From Octopus bimaculoides (taxonomy: Eukaryota), in the NCBI RefSeq assembly GCF_001194135.2, contig NC_068982.1, positions 149,613,999-149,677,998 on the forward strand: a stretch of DNA of 64,000 nucleotides, in the 5' to 3' direction. This document shows, piece by piece, positions 51,690 to 63,708 of the stretch. Within the stretch, counting starts at the first letter, position 1. Every line of letters starts with the position of its first letter. The translations under genes and the position numbers were made by a program. The notes under the pieces are model-generated. The model did not search any database and was not told the DNA's origin. It worked only from the letters and a program-made list of their open reading frames with translations.

Positions 51690-51865
51690 CATATATTTTT
51701 CCCCACTGGACAGGATGCCAGTCCATCACAGGATCATTCATTTTTACCAGCTGAGTGAACTGGAGCAACATTAAATGATTTATTTTGCTCCTGTACACAA
51801 TATGTCACCCAGTCCAGGAATCGAGACTACATGAGTGCAACACCCCTAACCACTCAGTCATGCAG
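51690..51865 (-). mobile_element. SINE family C (V-domain-like) fragment
   Basis: cagctgagtgaactggagcaac is the reverse complement of the 21670-21937 core. Confidence 0.5.
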
Positions 51866-52399
51866 TTCAATGTTACCAAATCTAATCACTGCAAAAGGTG
51901 TTGGACTATAGTATCCAAAATAGCAGTCGCATAACAAAGTCATTAGCTTTTATATCAGAATCAGGCCAGAATCCATGGAAGCTTGGGGAGGAGGGGAGTC
52001 TACGTCAGTAAAATATCTGTGGTGAAGTTTTTGAGAGTTTAGATAAAAATTTTCATATTATAGGAACAAAATGATATTGATACTGCTGAAAGAGTGAGAA
52101 CAAAAAGTATTTTTACTTTTCAAAAGAATGCTTTTTTCTTTCTCAGAGGAAGGATCAGTCACAAAACATTAATACCCTCTTCTCCCCATGGCATACCAAT
52201 TCATCCAAGCTCATGATTTTCTCTATAGAATTAAAATAGCCATGTTAATGACAAAAGCTACCAAACTTTCCAAGCACCTGCTGGACAGGAAATTAGATGC
52301 AACATACCCAGATTGCTAAATTTTATTGTTATGTAAGTATTGCATGACAAAGTGAGAAATGTGTATGTGTGTGTTTATTGACGTGTATCTGTTGTATGT

Positions 52400-52401
<2 letters not shown>

Positions 52402-52478
<77 letters not shown>
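52402..52478. repeat. (TG)n microsatellite
   Basis: Direct reading. Confidence 0.95.
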
Positions 52479-52480
<2 letters not shown>

Positions 52481-52653
52481 CTTGAGCATATGTGTGTATG
52501 TGTATTTCTTTATGTTCAAGACCAGACTGAAGACTGGTATACCTGGTGTTCAGACTCTATTGGACTCATCCAAACTTTTGATCATTCACCTTCCTGCAGA
52601 GATGACTGGCGCTACTCAACAACAGTTGTAAAAACAGTAATAATAACAGCACC

Positions 52654-52704
52654 ATCAACAACAACAGCAGCAGCAGCAGCTACAACAGCAGCAGCAGCAG
52701 CAAG

Positions 52705-52736
<32 letters not shown>
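52654..52736. repeat. Mixed (CAG)n/(CAA)n trinucleotide repeat
   Basis: Direct reading. Confidence 0.9.
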
Positions 52737-53072
52737 AAAGACCAATGTTGCCAGATGGAAGGATTAAACTCCTGCTAACGGAATAAATCAATACAGAATT
52801 ATTTGAATATTGAAATAAGTTGTAGACTTGAGGCATAAACTAATATCTACCTGAACCATAAAATAATTGGAACCACTCCAAACACCAAACTAACTGGCAC
52901 AGCACCAGATATATTCTCTGTTGCACTAAACTTTACTTTTTTATTTTAATGGTTTAGTCAGTAAAGGAAGGGCAATACATATGACCCCTTTTATAACCTT
53001 CAGAAAATGGTGAAAAAAAAGAAGGAATTTATCTACAGACAGACACATACAAGTGGCTAGTGGTGGTGTTAA

Positions 53073-53291
53073 CCCTTTAGCTTTCAGATAACTCCGTCAA
53101 ATGTAATGCCTGTTTATTCACAATGTTTTCAGTTACTCATGTATTATGTTGTAGCTACAAGATTTCAATGAAGTGATTGTTTATTTTTAGAATGACATTG
53201 TAGGGTAGGTGTGAGAGGATGGATCTGCTAGTTTTGGCATTAAACAGGTAGAATATTTGTGCCAAATATGGTCAATTTAAATTCTAATGGA
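53073..53291. mobile_element. piggyBac-type MITE (~219 bp) with TTAA TSD
   Basis: TTAA|CCCTTTAGC at the left end; degenerate TTCTAATGGA|TTAA at the right end. Confidence 0.65.
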
Positions 53292-54513
53292 TTAAACCCG
53301 GCAATGAAATAATTATGTTATTTTTTTCACTATATTACACCATATTTTGCCACATTATTCTTCTGAGCTACATAATTACACTGTATTACACAAAATTCTC
53401 TACAGTATCTGACAACTATTATACTCTGTTTCAAGCTGTCCCTCTTTCAAGTTAATTACTTAATATTTTCACAGGACCAAATTCAGAGGTACATTCACCT
53501 AATACTTAACTTTGTGCTGTGTGTAATGTCAAGGATACAAGAAACAAACATCCAACTTGCTCTTCATAGGATGCCTGATGATCACAAATAATTTTGCTAC
53601 TAATGTTACTTTTCCCAAAAACTAGTTGAACTAACATGTATAAAATAAAATGTTCCTTTTCAGAGATACACTAAAATATTTCTTGAGATAGTAGCCCAGC
53701 AAGAAGCCCAATGCTCTGTCCATCTGGTCATTTCACCTCTCACTGGCTTCATAAGTCTATTTTTCAAAAGCAAAAGTGAAGCGGTTACATAATATCAAAT
53801 ATGGTTAATTATAATTAATAAGAACACTTCATCATTTTGTAATTTTTCATGTTTCAACAATCTCATAGAAAGAATTATTTGAATTTTCACGATCAGAAGT
53901 GACCAGTAATAAAGGTTCTGCTTTGTTGATTTCAGAGGGTATTCATGTCTTTCCTTTAAATATTGGCAAAACAAGAGAAATAAATACCTTTTGGAATCAA
54001 ACTCATTCATAAAGTATTTATTCTTTTCTTCATTACCTTTCCTTTACAGTGTTTAAGAGAAAACATCTTCATAGTCATTCAACATATGAGACATAACAGC
54101 CAAATCTTGCACAACTACTTCTAAAATAAAAGGACCCATTAGATACATTGTACCTGAAAAAGACAAGATGGTCATGGCTGGAATATCTTTGATCACAAGT
54201 CTATTTGATCAGAGCTGATCTGGGGCTAAACAACAGCAACAACAGTGATCGGTTGTAAGGTAATTAATTACCTGAAATACCTTGGCTTCAACACAAAGCC
54301 ACAAAATTTTGTTGAGCAGGAACAAGCAGTCAAATCAACCCTAGTACTTAACTGGTAATTTATTTATTGATTCTTGAAAGACAAAATAGGGAAAAGTAGA
54401 ATAATGTTAGGGACATCTCTAGACCAGTAAGTCCTGAGGATCCAGGAGCATACCCTGTGAGCCATGTCCACTTTGTTATTTATGTAAGCACTCCAGCTTA
54501 TTTATTATTATTA

Positions 54514-54548
<35 letters not shown>

Positions 54549-55017
54549 GAGTGAGAGAGCAGTGCATGCCATCAAAGTGACACTGGAGTACAAATATACG
54601 AAGCCCAGTATACCCATCATGACTACCCATCTGATAAGGGTACACCAGGCACAACCATATGTGCGCGGAAGAGTAGCCCATCCCACTCAAAAGGTCCTTG
54701 AATAAAGGTTGTTTGAGGATGTCGAACAAAATACCCATGTTATTATTATTCAAACCCCAAAGGATTCCTCTCAACACATGACTATGATGCTCCTCCACTA
54801 CTTCTGCTAGTGATCAGAGATGCACATATTGTCAGCCACCAAAGGACGCGCTCAACTGGTTATGGTCAAACAACTGACAAGCAAATCTGTGGTATTGAGC
54901 GGAATATTTGTTGTAGCCCATCTTTTATGCCAAGACAAAACAATGTACATGATAGCACCTCCAATCAGTTAAGATCAGAAGCCATGAGAACCACTGCCTG
55001 GCACTGCATCAAGGCAG
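54549..55017. mobile_element. Non-coding element E, copy 1 (internally deleted), in a (TTA)n tract
   Basis: gagtgagagagcagtgcatgcc...gcactgcatc; (TTA)n on both sides. Confidence 0.7.
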
Positions 55018-55023
55018 TTATTA

Positions 55024-55076
<53 letters not shown>

Positions 55077-55632
55077 GAGTGAGAGAGCAGTGCATGCCAT
55101 CAAAGTGACACTGGGGTAAAATATACAAAGCCCAGTATACCCATCATGACTACCTGTCTGATAAAGGTACATTAGGCACATGCATCACAACCACCATATG
55201 TACGCGACATGGTGATCTCATAACAAGATAGACAGCGCATGACCTTGCAGGTGGAGCCCAGTTAGAATTTTCTTCAGGTCGAGTAGCCCATCCCGCTCAA
55301 AAGGTCCCTGAATAAGGTTTGTTTAAGGATGTTGAGCAAAACACCCATGTTTCCAAAGGTGAATTATTCAAACCCCAAAGAACTCCTCTCAACACATGGC
55401 TTTGATGCTCCTCCACTACTTCTGCTCATGATCAGAGATGCACATATCGTCAGCCCCCAAGGGACATGCTCAAGCGGTTAAAATCAAGCAACTGACAAAC
55501 AAATCTGTGGTATTGAGCAGAATATTTGCTGTAGCCCATCTTTTATACCATGACAAAACAATGTACATGATAACACTTCCAATCAGTTAAGATCAGAAAC
55601 CATGAGAGCCACTGTCTGGTACTGCATTGGGG
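55077..55632. mobile_element. Non-coding element E, copy 2, in tandem with copy 1
   Basis: Same start and end as copy 1, with ~80-90 extra nt in the 55185-55280 region. Confidence 0.7.
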
Positions 55633-56019
55633 TATTCATTATTATTATTGTTATCATTGTTGTTTTTGTTGTTGTTGTTGTTGTTGTTAAATGGTTATTT
55701 TTTATAATTGCACAGCTTGTTTTTATCATTGACTTTATTACTTTTACTTGTATATGATTCTCCTTCTCCCTCCTCAACCCATTATGTGGTACTACATAAC
55801 TTAACTACTAACACTTTCTAAGACAACACCAGTTGTCTCCACATTTCTCTAGTTAGTGTCAGCTGTAAAATGCCATTATTCAACTTATTCTAATCAGACA
55901 GACAGTCAGTTGTCTTTCTCTCACATTATTATTCCTCCTAAATCTTCAGCTAATATCTTTCCCATATGGCAAGTGGTAGTCTCTACCTCAAGGCTCAACA
56001 TCATTATCGTCATCAGTAT

Positions 56020-56150
56020 CTTCTTCTTCTTCTTCTTCTTCTTCTTCTTCTTCTCCTCCTCCTCCTCCTCCTTCTTTCCACGCCACTTCCTCCACTTCCT
56101 CCTCCTCCACCTCCTCCTTTTATACTCCTCTTGTTCTCTCCTCCTTCCCT
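56020..56150. repeat. (TTC)n-(TCC)n polypyrimidine tract
   Basis: Direct reading. Confidence 0.9.
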
Positions 56151-56663
56151 CCACTCAAAAACAATTCCACCATAGAGTGTTTTTATTTACTTCCATCCAG
56201 TTAAAAGAACAGCTTTCATCTAGAGTACATTTTATTTCTTTCACTTAGGAAACATATCTGTTGGCAACTCCTATACATATATAAATAATTGTCAGCAAAT
56301 TTAAAATATCCACATTTTTTACACACAGAAAATCTAACACACACTCATACACACAACACATACGGTTGGTGTGTATGACACAAATCTTCAAATGAGATTC
56401 AAAACTATTTGATGTACAGAGAAGAGTCTATGTTTTTATGTATTATCTCTTAGCTGAAGGCCCCCCACCATGGTTTTAATATTTCAACAAACAAAGTTTC
56501 CACTTCCCTAAGAAATTAGTGTCTACATAAGATGCCTATCATCATCATTATCATCATCATTATCATCATCGTCGTCATCATTGTTACCACCATCATCATC
56601 ACCACCATCATCGTCATCATCATCATCATCACCGTCAATGTTGTCATCATCATTGTTATTTAT

Positions 56664-56928
56664 TCATCATCATCATCATCGTTTAACGTCCGCTTTCCAT
56701 GCTAGCATGGGTTGGACGATTTAACTGAGGACTGGTGAACCAGATGGCTACACGAGGCTCCAATCTGATTTGGCAGAGTTTCTACAGCTGGATGCCCTTC
56801 CTAACGCCAACCACTCCGAGAGTGTAGTGGGTGCTTTTACATGCCACCGGCATGAAGGCCAGTCAGGCGGTACTGGCAACGGCCACGCTCGAAATGGTGT
56901 ATTTTATGTGCCACCTGCACAGGAGCCA
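56664..56928 (-). mobile_element. Young RTE 3' end
   Basis: (tca)n then gtttaacgtccgctttccatgctagcatggg... Confidence 0.85.
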
Positions 56929-56958
56929 TTATTATTGTCATTATTAAATACATGTGAT

Positions 56959-58330
56959 AAGGTGGCGAGATGGCAGAATCATTAGCACACTGAACGAAAT
57001 GCTTAGCGGTATTTTGCCTCTCGCTACGTTCTGAGTTCAAATTCCACCAAGGTCAACTTTGATTTTCATCCTTTCAGGGTCGATAAATTAAGTAACAGCA
57101 AAACACCGGGGTCAAGTAATCGACTAGTCCCCTCTCCCGAAATTTCAGGCCTTGTGCTTATAGTAGAAGGGATTATTAATTACATGTAAAGGTGGCGAGC
57201 TGGCAGAATCATTAGCATGTTGGACAAAATGCTTATTGGCATTTTGTCCATCCTTGCTTTCAGAGTTCAAATTCCATCAAGTCAACTTTGTTTTTCATCC
57301 TATCAGGCTCAATGAAATAAGTACAAGTCAAGTAATGGGTCTATGTAATTGACTAGCCCACTCTAACAAAATTTCAGGCCTTGTGCTTGTAATAGAAAGT
57401 GTTATTAATTACTAGCTGGCCCCATGCCATCAAAAATGACAGCTAATTGTAGTATTTTATATATAAATATGGATAGTAAATCAAATTAATACACTTGTCA
57501 ATATTATCTGGTGGTTGTCATTTGAGATGTGACATCGATCATCATTTGTTACTGAAAGAACACTGGTTCACACATATATTCATATACTTCCCTTGTACAC
57601 ATACACACACACACACACACCTCCCTTTTACATACACACACAAAATTGAAACAGTATTTGATTTTTTTTCACTGTAGAATTTCCATCATCCCACTACCAG
57701 GTTTGCCATCACCCCTTCCTTTCTCATTCATATGTTGTGACGGAGAAAAAACATAAGAGTATTATTATAGTAGATACTTTATTAGGCGGCAAGCTAGCAG
57801 AAACATTAGCACGCTGGGCAAAATGCTTATCGGTATTTCGTCTGGCGTTGCGTTCTGAGTTCAAATTCCGCCAAGGTCGACTTTGCCTTTCATCCTTTCG
57901 GAGTTGATAAATTACGTACCAGTTACGCAATGGGGTCGATGTAATCGACTTAATCCCTTTGTCTGTTCTTGTTTGTCCCCTCTGTGTTTAGCCCCTTGTG
58001 GGCAATAAAGAAATAAGATACTTTATTAGGCGGTGAGTTGGTAGAATTCTGAGCAAAGTGGACAAAATGCTTAACAATATTTCTTCCTGCTCTTTACATT
58101 CTAGGTCCAAATTCCACCAAATTTCACCAAATTTCACCAAGTTCAACTATGCTTTTCCCCCTTTTGGAATCAATAAAATAGGTACCTGTTGCATTCTGGG
58201 GTTGATATATTTGGTTTACCCACTCCCTTAAAATTGCTGACATAGTAACAAAAATTTGGTCGACTTTGCCTTTCATCCTTTTTACTTACCCCTTCCACCA
58301 AAGTTGCTGGTTTTGTGCCAAAATTTGAAA
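56959..58330 (+). mobile_element. Cluster of SINE B copies (56959-57172, ~57188-57401, 57784-58016, 58028-~58250, plus an inverted fragment ~58255-58330)
   Basis: Repeated heads ggtggcgag.tggcagaa and B cores. Confidence 0.8.
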
Positions 58331-58374
58331 CCATTATTATTATTGTTGTTGTTATTATCATTATTATTATCATT

Positions 58375-58625
58375 GTTCAGTAGTTTTATTTTTTATAACG
58401 TGCTTTCACTTCACTACCGAGCGCAGCTCTGTGCGCCTTGGGTATGTGCTGTGGTTTGCTGTGGTGCTCTTATGGTTACTGTATTGAAAGTGTTTTGCGT
58501 AGGATGTGTGCAGTGCCCAGTAGTGCAATTTTCTGTATGTTATATATATTTGTAAGTCCTGGTGTTTTTGTTATGTATTTGTCTGAATATTTTTTTTATT
58601 ATACCTAAGGCACCTACTATGATAG
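58375..58625 (-). mobile_element. Young R4/Dong-like 3' end (second family) running into a gap
   Basis: Minus-strand IIVGALGII-/-YSDKYITKTPGLTNIYNIQKIALLGTAHILRKTLSIQ* (stop at 58476), 3' UTR, TAA-like tail at 58333-58374. Confidence 0.8.
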
Positions 58626-59382
58626 NNNNNNNNNNNNNNNNNNNNNNNNNNNNNNNNNNNNNNNNNNNNNNNNNNNNNNNNNNNNNNNNNNNNNNNNNNN
58701 NNNNNNNNNNNNNNNNNNNNNNNNNNNNNNNNNNNNNNNNNNNNNNNNNNNNNNNNNNNNNNNNNNNNNNNNNNNNNNNNNNNNNNNNNNNNNNNNNNNN
58801 NNNNNNNNNNNNNNNNNNNNNNNNNNNNNNNNNNNNNNNNNNNNNNNNNNNNNNNNNNNNNNNNNNNNNNNNNNNNNNNNNNNNNNNNNNNNNNNNNNNN
58901 NNNNNNNNNNNNNNNNNNNNNNNNNNNNNNNNNNNNNNNNNNNNNNNNNNNNNNNNNNNNNNNNNNNNNNNNNNNNNNNNNNNNNNNNNNNNNNNNNNNN
59001 NNNNNNNNNNNNNNNNNNNNNNNNNNNNNNNNNNNNNNNNNNNNNNNNNNNNNNNNNNNNNNNNNNNNNNNNNNNNNNNNNNNNNNNNNNNNNNNNNNNN
59101 NNNNNNNNNNNNNNNNNNNNNNNNNNNNNNNNNNNNNNNNNNNNNNNNNNNNNNNNNNNNNNNNNNNNNNNNNNNNNNNNNNNNNNNNNNNNNNNNNNNN
59201 NNNNNNNNNNNNNNNNNNNNNNNNNNNNNNNNNNNNNNNNNNNNNNNNNNNNNNNNNNNNNNNNNNNNNNNNNNNNNNNNNNNNNNNNNNNNNNNNNTTG
59301 AGATGTCTTAGAAAGTTAAAGAAGTGATTTTAAATTCTCAAACGCAGGATAATGCTAATAATATAGCCTGAACAGGATAAAC

Positions 59383-59439
<57 letters not shown>

Positions 59440-59449
59440 CATTATTATT

Positions 59450-59900
59450 AGAGTTGTAGATTGGCAGAATCGATTGAGCATCAAAAAAATAAATGTTTTA
59501 CAGAATTTATTCTGACTCTTTACATTCTGAATTCAAATCACGTTAAGGCCAACTTTACTTTCCAGCCTTACAAAGTCTTTAAGATGCATTAGTGAAGCAT
59601 GTGTGAGTGGGGGAGATATAATTGATTAAACCATTCCACTTAAAATTGCTGGCCTAGTGCCTAAATTAGAAATTATTATCAAGGGTATTGAACTTCGCAG
59701 AATTGTTGGTGTGTCAGATGAAATACCTTGTGGTAGCTGTTTCAGTTCTTTACATTCTGAGTTCAAAACATGTCAAAATCAATTTTGCTTTTCATCTATT
59801 CAGGACTGGAACAATAAAGTACTTGTACCAAATACTACAAAGGGTGATTTAATTGACTCCCTTTGAAATTTCAGACTTTGGGCTTCTGTTAAAAACAATT
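59450..59900 (+). mobile_element. Two diverged tandem SINE B copies after (TTA)n at 59383-59449
   Basis: ggcagaatcg..., ctgaattcaaatc..., aaaattgctggcctagtgcc; second copy from ~59690. Confidence 0.55.
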
Positions 59901-60427
59901 ATGCCAATTATTAAAAATTATACCTGATAATGCCCGTGTTATACCTGATAATACTCATGTTGCAGGATAGATAATTAGTATGTTGCAGATAACAAATAAA
60001 ATTAGAATCAAAAGGAAAAAGTTGTAGATATAAACGTTATGAGACTACGGTCTGATAAGTAAATTCCTTTGTGAATAATGTTTCTTCCTTAATAATATGA
60101 AGAAATAATCAAAACTTCTGCTCTCAAACATTATCTCACTCTTTCACTTTCCCTTACACTCGTCCATTTCCTCATTTTCCCTGACTCACTCACTCACTTG
60201 CTTACACTCTGTTTTCCTCAGCTTCACTCACTCAATTTCTTTCGCTTTCTCATATACTCTTCTATATTCTTCCTGTTTCTGGTTTCAATAATGCCGTAGC
60301 AACCAAGATGGGACATCACCATTTGCTGGTAATTGTAGTTAAAGAGAGAATTATTCTCTCTTCTAGGCTATAGCTAGTACATCTGAGAATTTTAGTAACC
60401 AGTTTATTAATCCAACTTTCATTGATA

Positions 60428-61300
60428 TTTGGTTGAAAAGGAAGTCCTGTGATGTTTCAAGATGAGAAAGAAACATGCTTCTTTGGTCTTAATTGATATA
60501 TTTAATCAAGATAATATTTGCCTTCATTATCGATAACATAATCCCATCTAATTGCCAAACTGTTGATCACTCGGGTATAAAGTTCTTCTTCAGGTTTTGA
60601 AGCAAAAAAAAAACAAAAAAACACTCAGTGTTATTTTTAACCACTTCACAATTAATAAATTGTTTTCCCTCTTAACAATGTTGCAATGATCTGAAAAGAT
60701 GATAGTCAGATGAAGCAAGGTCTGGAGAGTAAGAGGGATGAGGCAAAACTTCAGTATTTAGTACCATAATCTTTTCCTGAGTGATTTGGACAACATGTGA
60801 TCTTGCTTTATAATGCAAAAGCAATACCTCTTTATGACTAACCAATGATGGATACTTTTTCTGCAAATTTTTGTGCAATGCTTCCAACTAACAACTATAC
60901 TTTTCAGCTTTAACTGCTTCATTGCTTCATTTTGGTTTAACACTTCAAAATAGACAACACCCTTCATATTCCCTCAAACATGGAACATAACTTTTTTTTA
61001 GTATAGTGGTGGTTTGAGGATGTATTTTCTTTTTCCATTGGGTTCTAACCATTGTCATTTTCAGTGGATATGATTATAGAGAGCTCACTTTTTATCACTT
61101 GTAATGAATCTTCCCAGGAAAGGTTTGGTAGCAAGTCTATTCTTCAATGACAAGCTGGGAAGCAATCAGATGATGAGGAGTCTGCTGACTAAATTTCAAA
61201 ACTTTTCCAAGTTCATGAAAGTGTTTTGTAATTGAAGTGTGACTTAAATTGAACTGCTTTGCTAATACTTATGCAGAGTTGCTTTAGATTTTCCTCAGCT
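60428..61300 (-). mobile_element. Decayed mariner (DD34D-type) transposon
   Basis: KKVMFHV.GNMKGVVYFE, LLLHYKARSH (cf. HDNARPH), HPSYSPDLASSDYHLF, RWDYVIDNEGKY; TIR-like TA|TTTGGTTGAAAAGGAAGT at 60426. Confidence 0.85.
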
Positions 61301-61849
61301 GTGGGTTTCAGAAGCTCGATACTGGCAGAAGTTGGTCTTACAGATCAAAGGAAATATTCTGAGTAAAACAGACTAAACAATCATTGACATATCCAGACAC
61401 TTAAAGCTTAATTTCCATGGACAGAACAAATATAGAACCATTTTTGAATTCATACAGTATACAGTGTCCAATAAGCGTCACATATAAATTCATTTTAAAA
61501 AGGCAAAATTAATGTAGATTTAACCACTATGGTATAAAGTAAGCTGCAAAGAAAGAAAAAACATGAGAATGTTAAAAATGAAATACAACAGGACTTTCTT
61601 TCCAATCTAATACATTCTCCATCCATGCTGTAAAGAGCTCTTCCATTCTATGATAATCCAAACTATTGTATATGTATACGAAAACACACACACACATGCA
61701 TGCACACATGCATGCACACATGCACATGTATGAACGCTTGCACACATGCATGCACGTGTGTGTGTGTGTGGGTGTGTGTACACAAACAGGTAAAAGAGAA
61801 CTCACTTCAAAATGTGTGCTCTATTGAATGCACAACGTTCATGTGCATG

Positions 61850-62125
61850 CATGACAAAGTGCCAATGCATGGATAGAAAAATTAGGCATAAGAAGAATCC
61901 GGTATAATGTGCATGAAATATGGCTGCTCTGATATGGTCATGTGATATGTATGGATGAGAACTGCATAAAAATAGTGCCAATCGCTAAATGTGGATGGAA
62001 ATTGTGGAACAAGAAAATCCTGGAAGGCATGGAATGAAATAGTGAAGGTTGGTCTCATGATATTGAACCTCATGGAAGGGATGACAAAGGACTAAGATGA
62101 TGCTGGAGAAGACTCTGCTGAAAAA
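61850..62125 (+). mobile_element. Degenerate RTE C-terminal fragment
   Basis: EKLGIRRIRYNVHE...YGHVICMDENC. Confidence 0.55.
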
Positions 62126-63169
62126 GACCAGTCTTTCTCAATGAAAGTGATGTCCTAAAAGCATTATGTTTATGTTAATATATTCCCTAGCCCCTGCCCT
62201 TGTTCTCAAACTATCCCCACTAAGTCTTCCCCAACTGCTCATCTTCTTAATACCCACCACCTTTGTCCACTACTCATCATAGCCACCCCTACATTTCTCT
62301 GACATCCATTTCTGTCACTGTGCATCTCCCCACCTTTCTCTCCCTTTTGCATACCCCCTCCACTCTCCCACCTTGCACTTTATCGCCATATTCCCAGATC
62401 TTCTAACAATGGCACTATTCAGCTGCTACATCATAAGAGAACAGAATATGTATATGTTTTATCTCCTGTTTTGGTTATCATTTATCTTATCATGTCCCTA
62501 GAATCACTTCCTCATTCTCAACATCATCCCTTCTTTATTTCCCCTGATCACCTCTTTCTGTGCCTCTAGTTATCTCTCTTCTGTCCTCTGAAATATATCT
62601 TAGAACTGTCATTACCTTATGCTTAACACCCTCTCTTATCTGCTATCACTCTCACCATTGTCATATTTACCATCAACAACTTTCCCACCACCTTTGTCCC
62701 TACTCGTCATAGCCTCCCCTACGTATCTCTACCATCCATTTCTGTCACTGTACATCTCCCACTTCTCTTTCTCTTGTGCATGCCCCCTCTCCCACCTTGC
62801 TCATTATCTCTCTGTTTTCTTATCTATCAACAGGTTTATTTTACTGCTGCCCTCCACCCTTCTTGTACTTCTACTTATCACCTCCTCTTACCTGACTCAC
62901 TCCTAGTCTTTCACCTTTTCATCCATCTTCAACTATCTATTAATTTCTCAAATTCTAATGTATTTGTCCATACACCCTTTTCCATTTTTCTGTCCGTATT
63001 TTCTCTTATACTGACCTTCCTGTATCTTGAGAGTTTACTCTGACACCTCATCAGTATCATCATTGTTTTCTTTTCAGCTATTCTCACTTACAACTGAAAA
63101 CCTATCATATATATATATCTATATATACGTGTGTATATAGATATATTGTGTGTGTGTGTGTATCTATGT

Positions 63170-63385
63170 GTATATGTCTGTCTTTGTCTTCCCATTAGCG
63201 CTTGACAACCAGTGTTGGTGTGTCTGTGTCCCCATAACTTAGTGGTTCAGCAAAAGAGACTGATAGAATAAGTATCACTCCTTAAAAAAAGTACTAGGGT
63301 CAATTCATTTAACTAAAAACTCAAGGAGGTGCCCCAGCATGGCCACGGCCTAGTGACTGAGACAAGTAAAAGATAGAAAATAAAA
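63170..63385 (+). mobile_element. SINE family A, 3' half
   Basis: cgcttgacaaccagtgttggtgtg...gaataagta...gccccagcatggcc...gactgagacaagtaaaaga. Confidence 0.7.
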
Positions 63386-63708
63386 GATAACCTCTCAACA
63401 CCTGGCATAAAGCCACCTTCTTTTCTGCTACAATACCTACCACTCAGCTTAGGGAATATTTTTCTTTCTCTTGTGTGTTAGTTGGCAACCTCACTAGTGC
63501 GAGTGTCATAAAAAAAAGCAAGGAGAACATTCTGGAATGCAGTTGGCATAAATAAGAGCATCCAACCATAGAAACCATATCAAAGCTGACATTAGAGTTT
63601 GACACTGTCCTATCAAACTATGTTGGATCCTATCAAACTATCCAACCCATTTAATATCGAAGAGGGGCATTAAATGAGGATGATGATGATGTTATATATA
63701 TGTATGTA

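Noticed and set aside
52654-52760. PolyQ-encoding CAG/CAA tract as part of a protein
   Set aside because: The Gln frame has three in-frame stops immediately upstream and no acceptor between them and the repeat.
55580-55630. Two short matches to U2 snRNA (atcagtt.a.atc; ctggta.tgca) at the end of element E
   Set aside because: Very short, spacing differs from U2, and no Sm site or branch-recognition sequence; likely chance.
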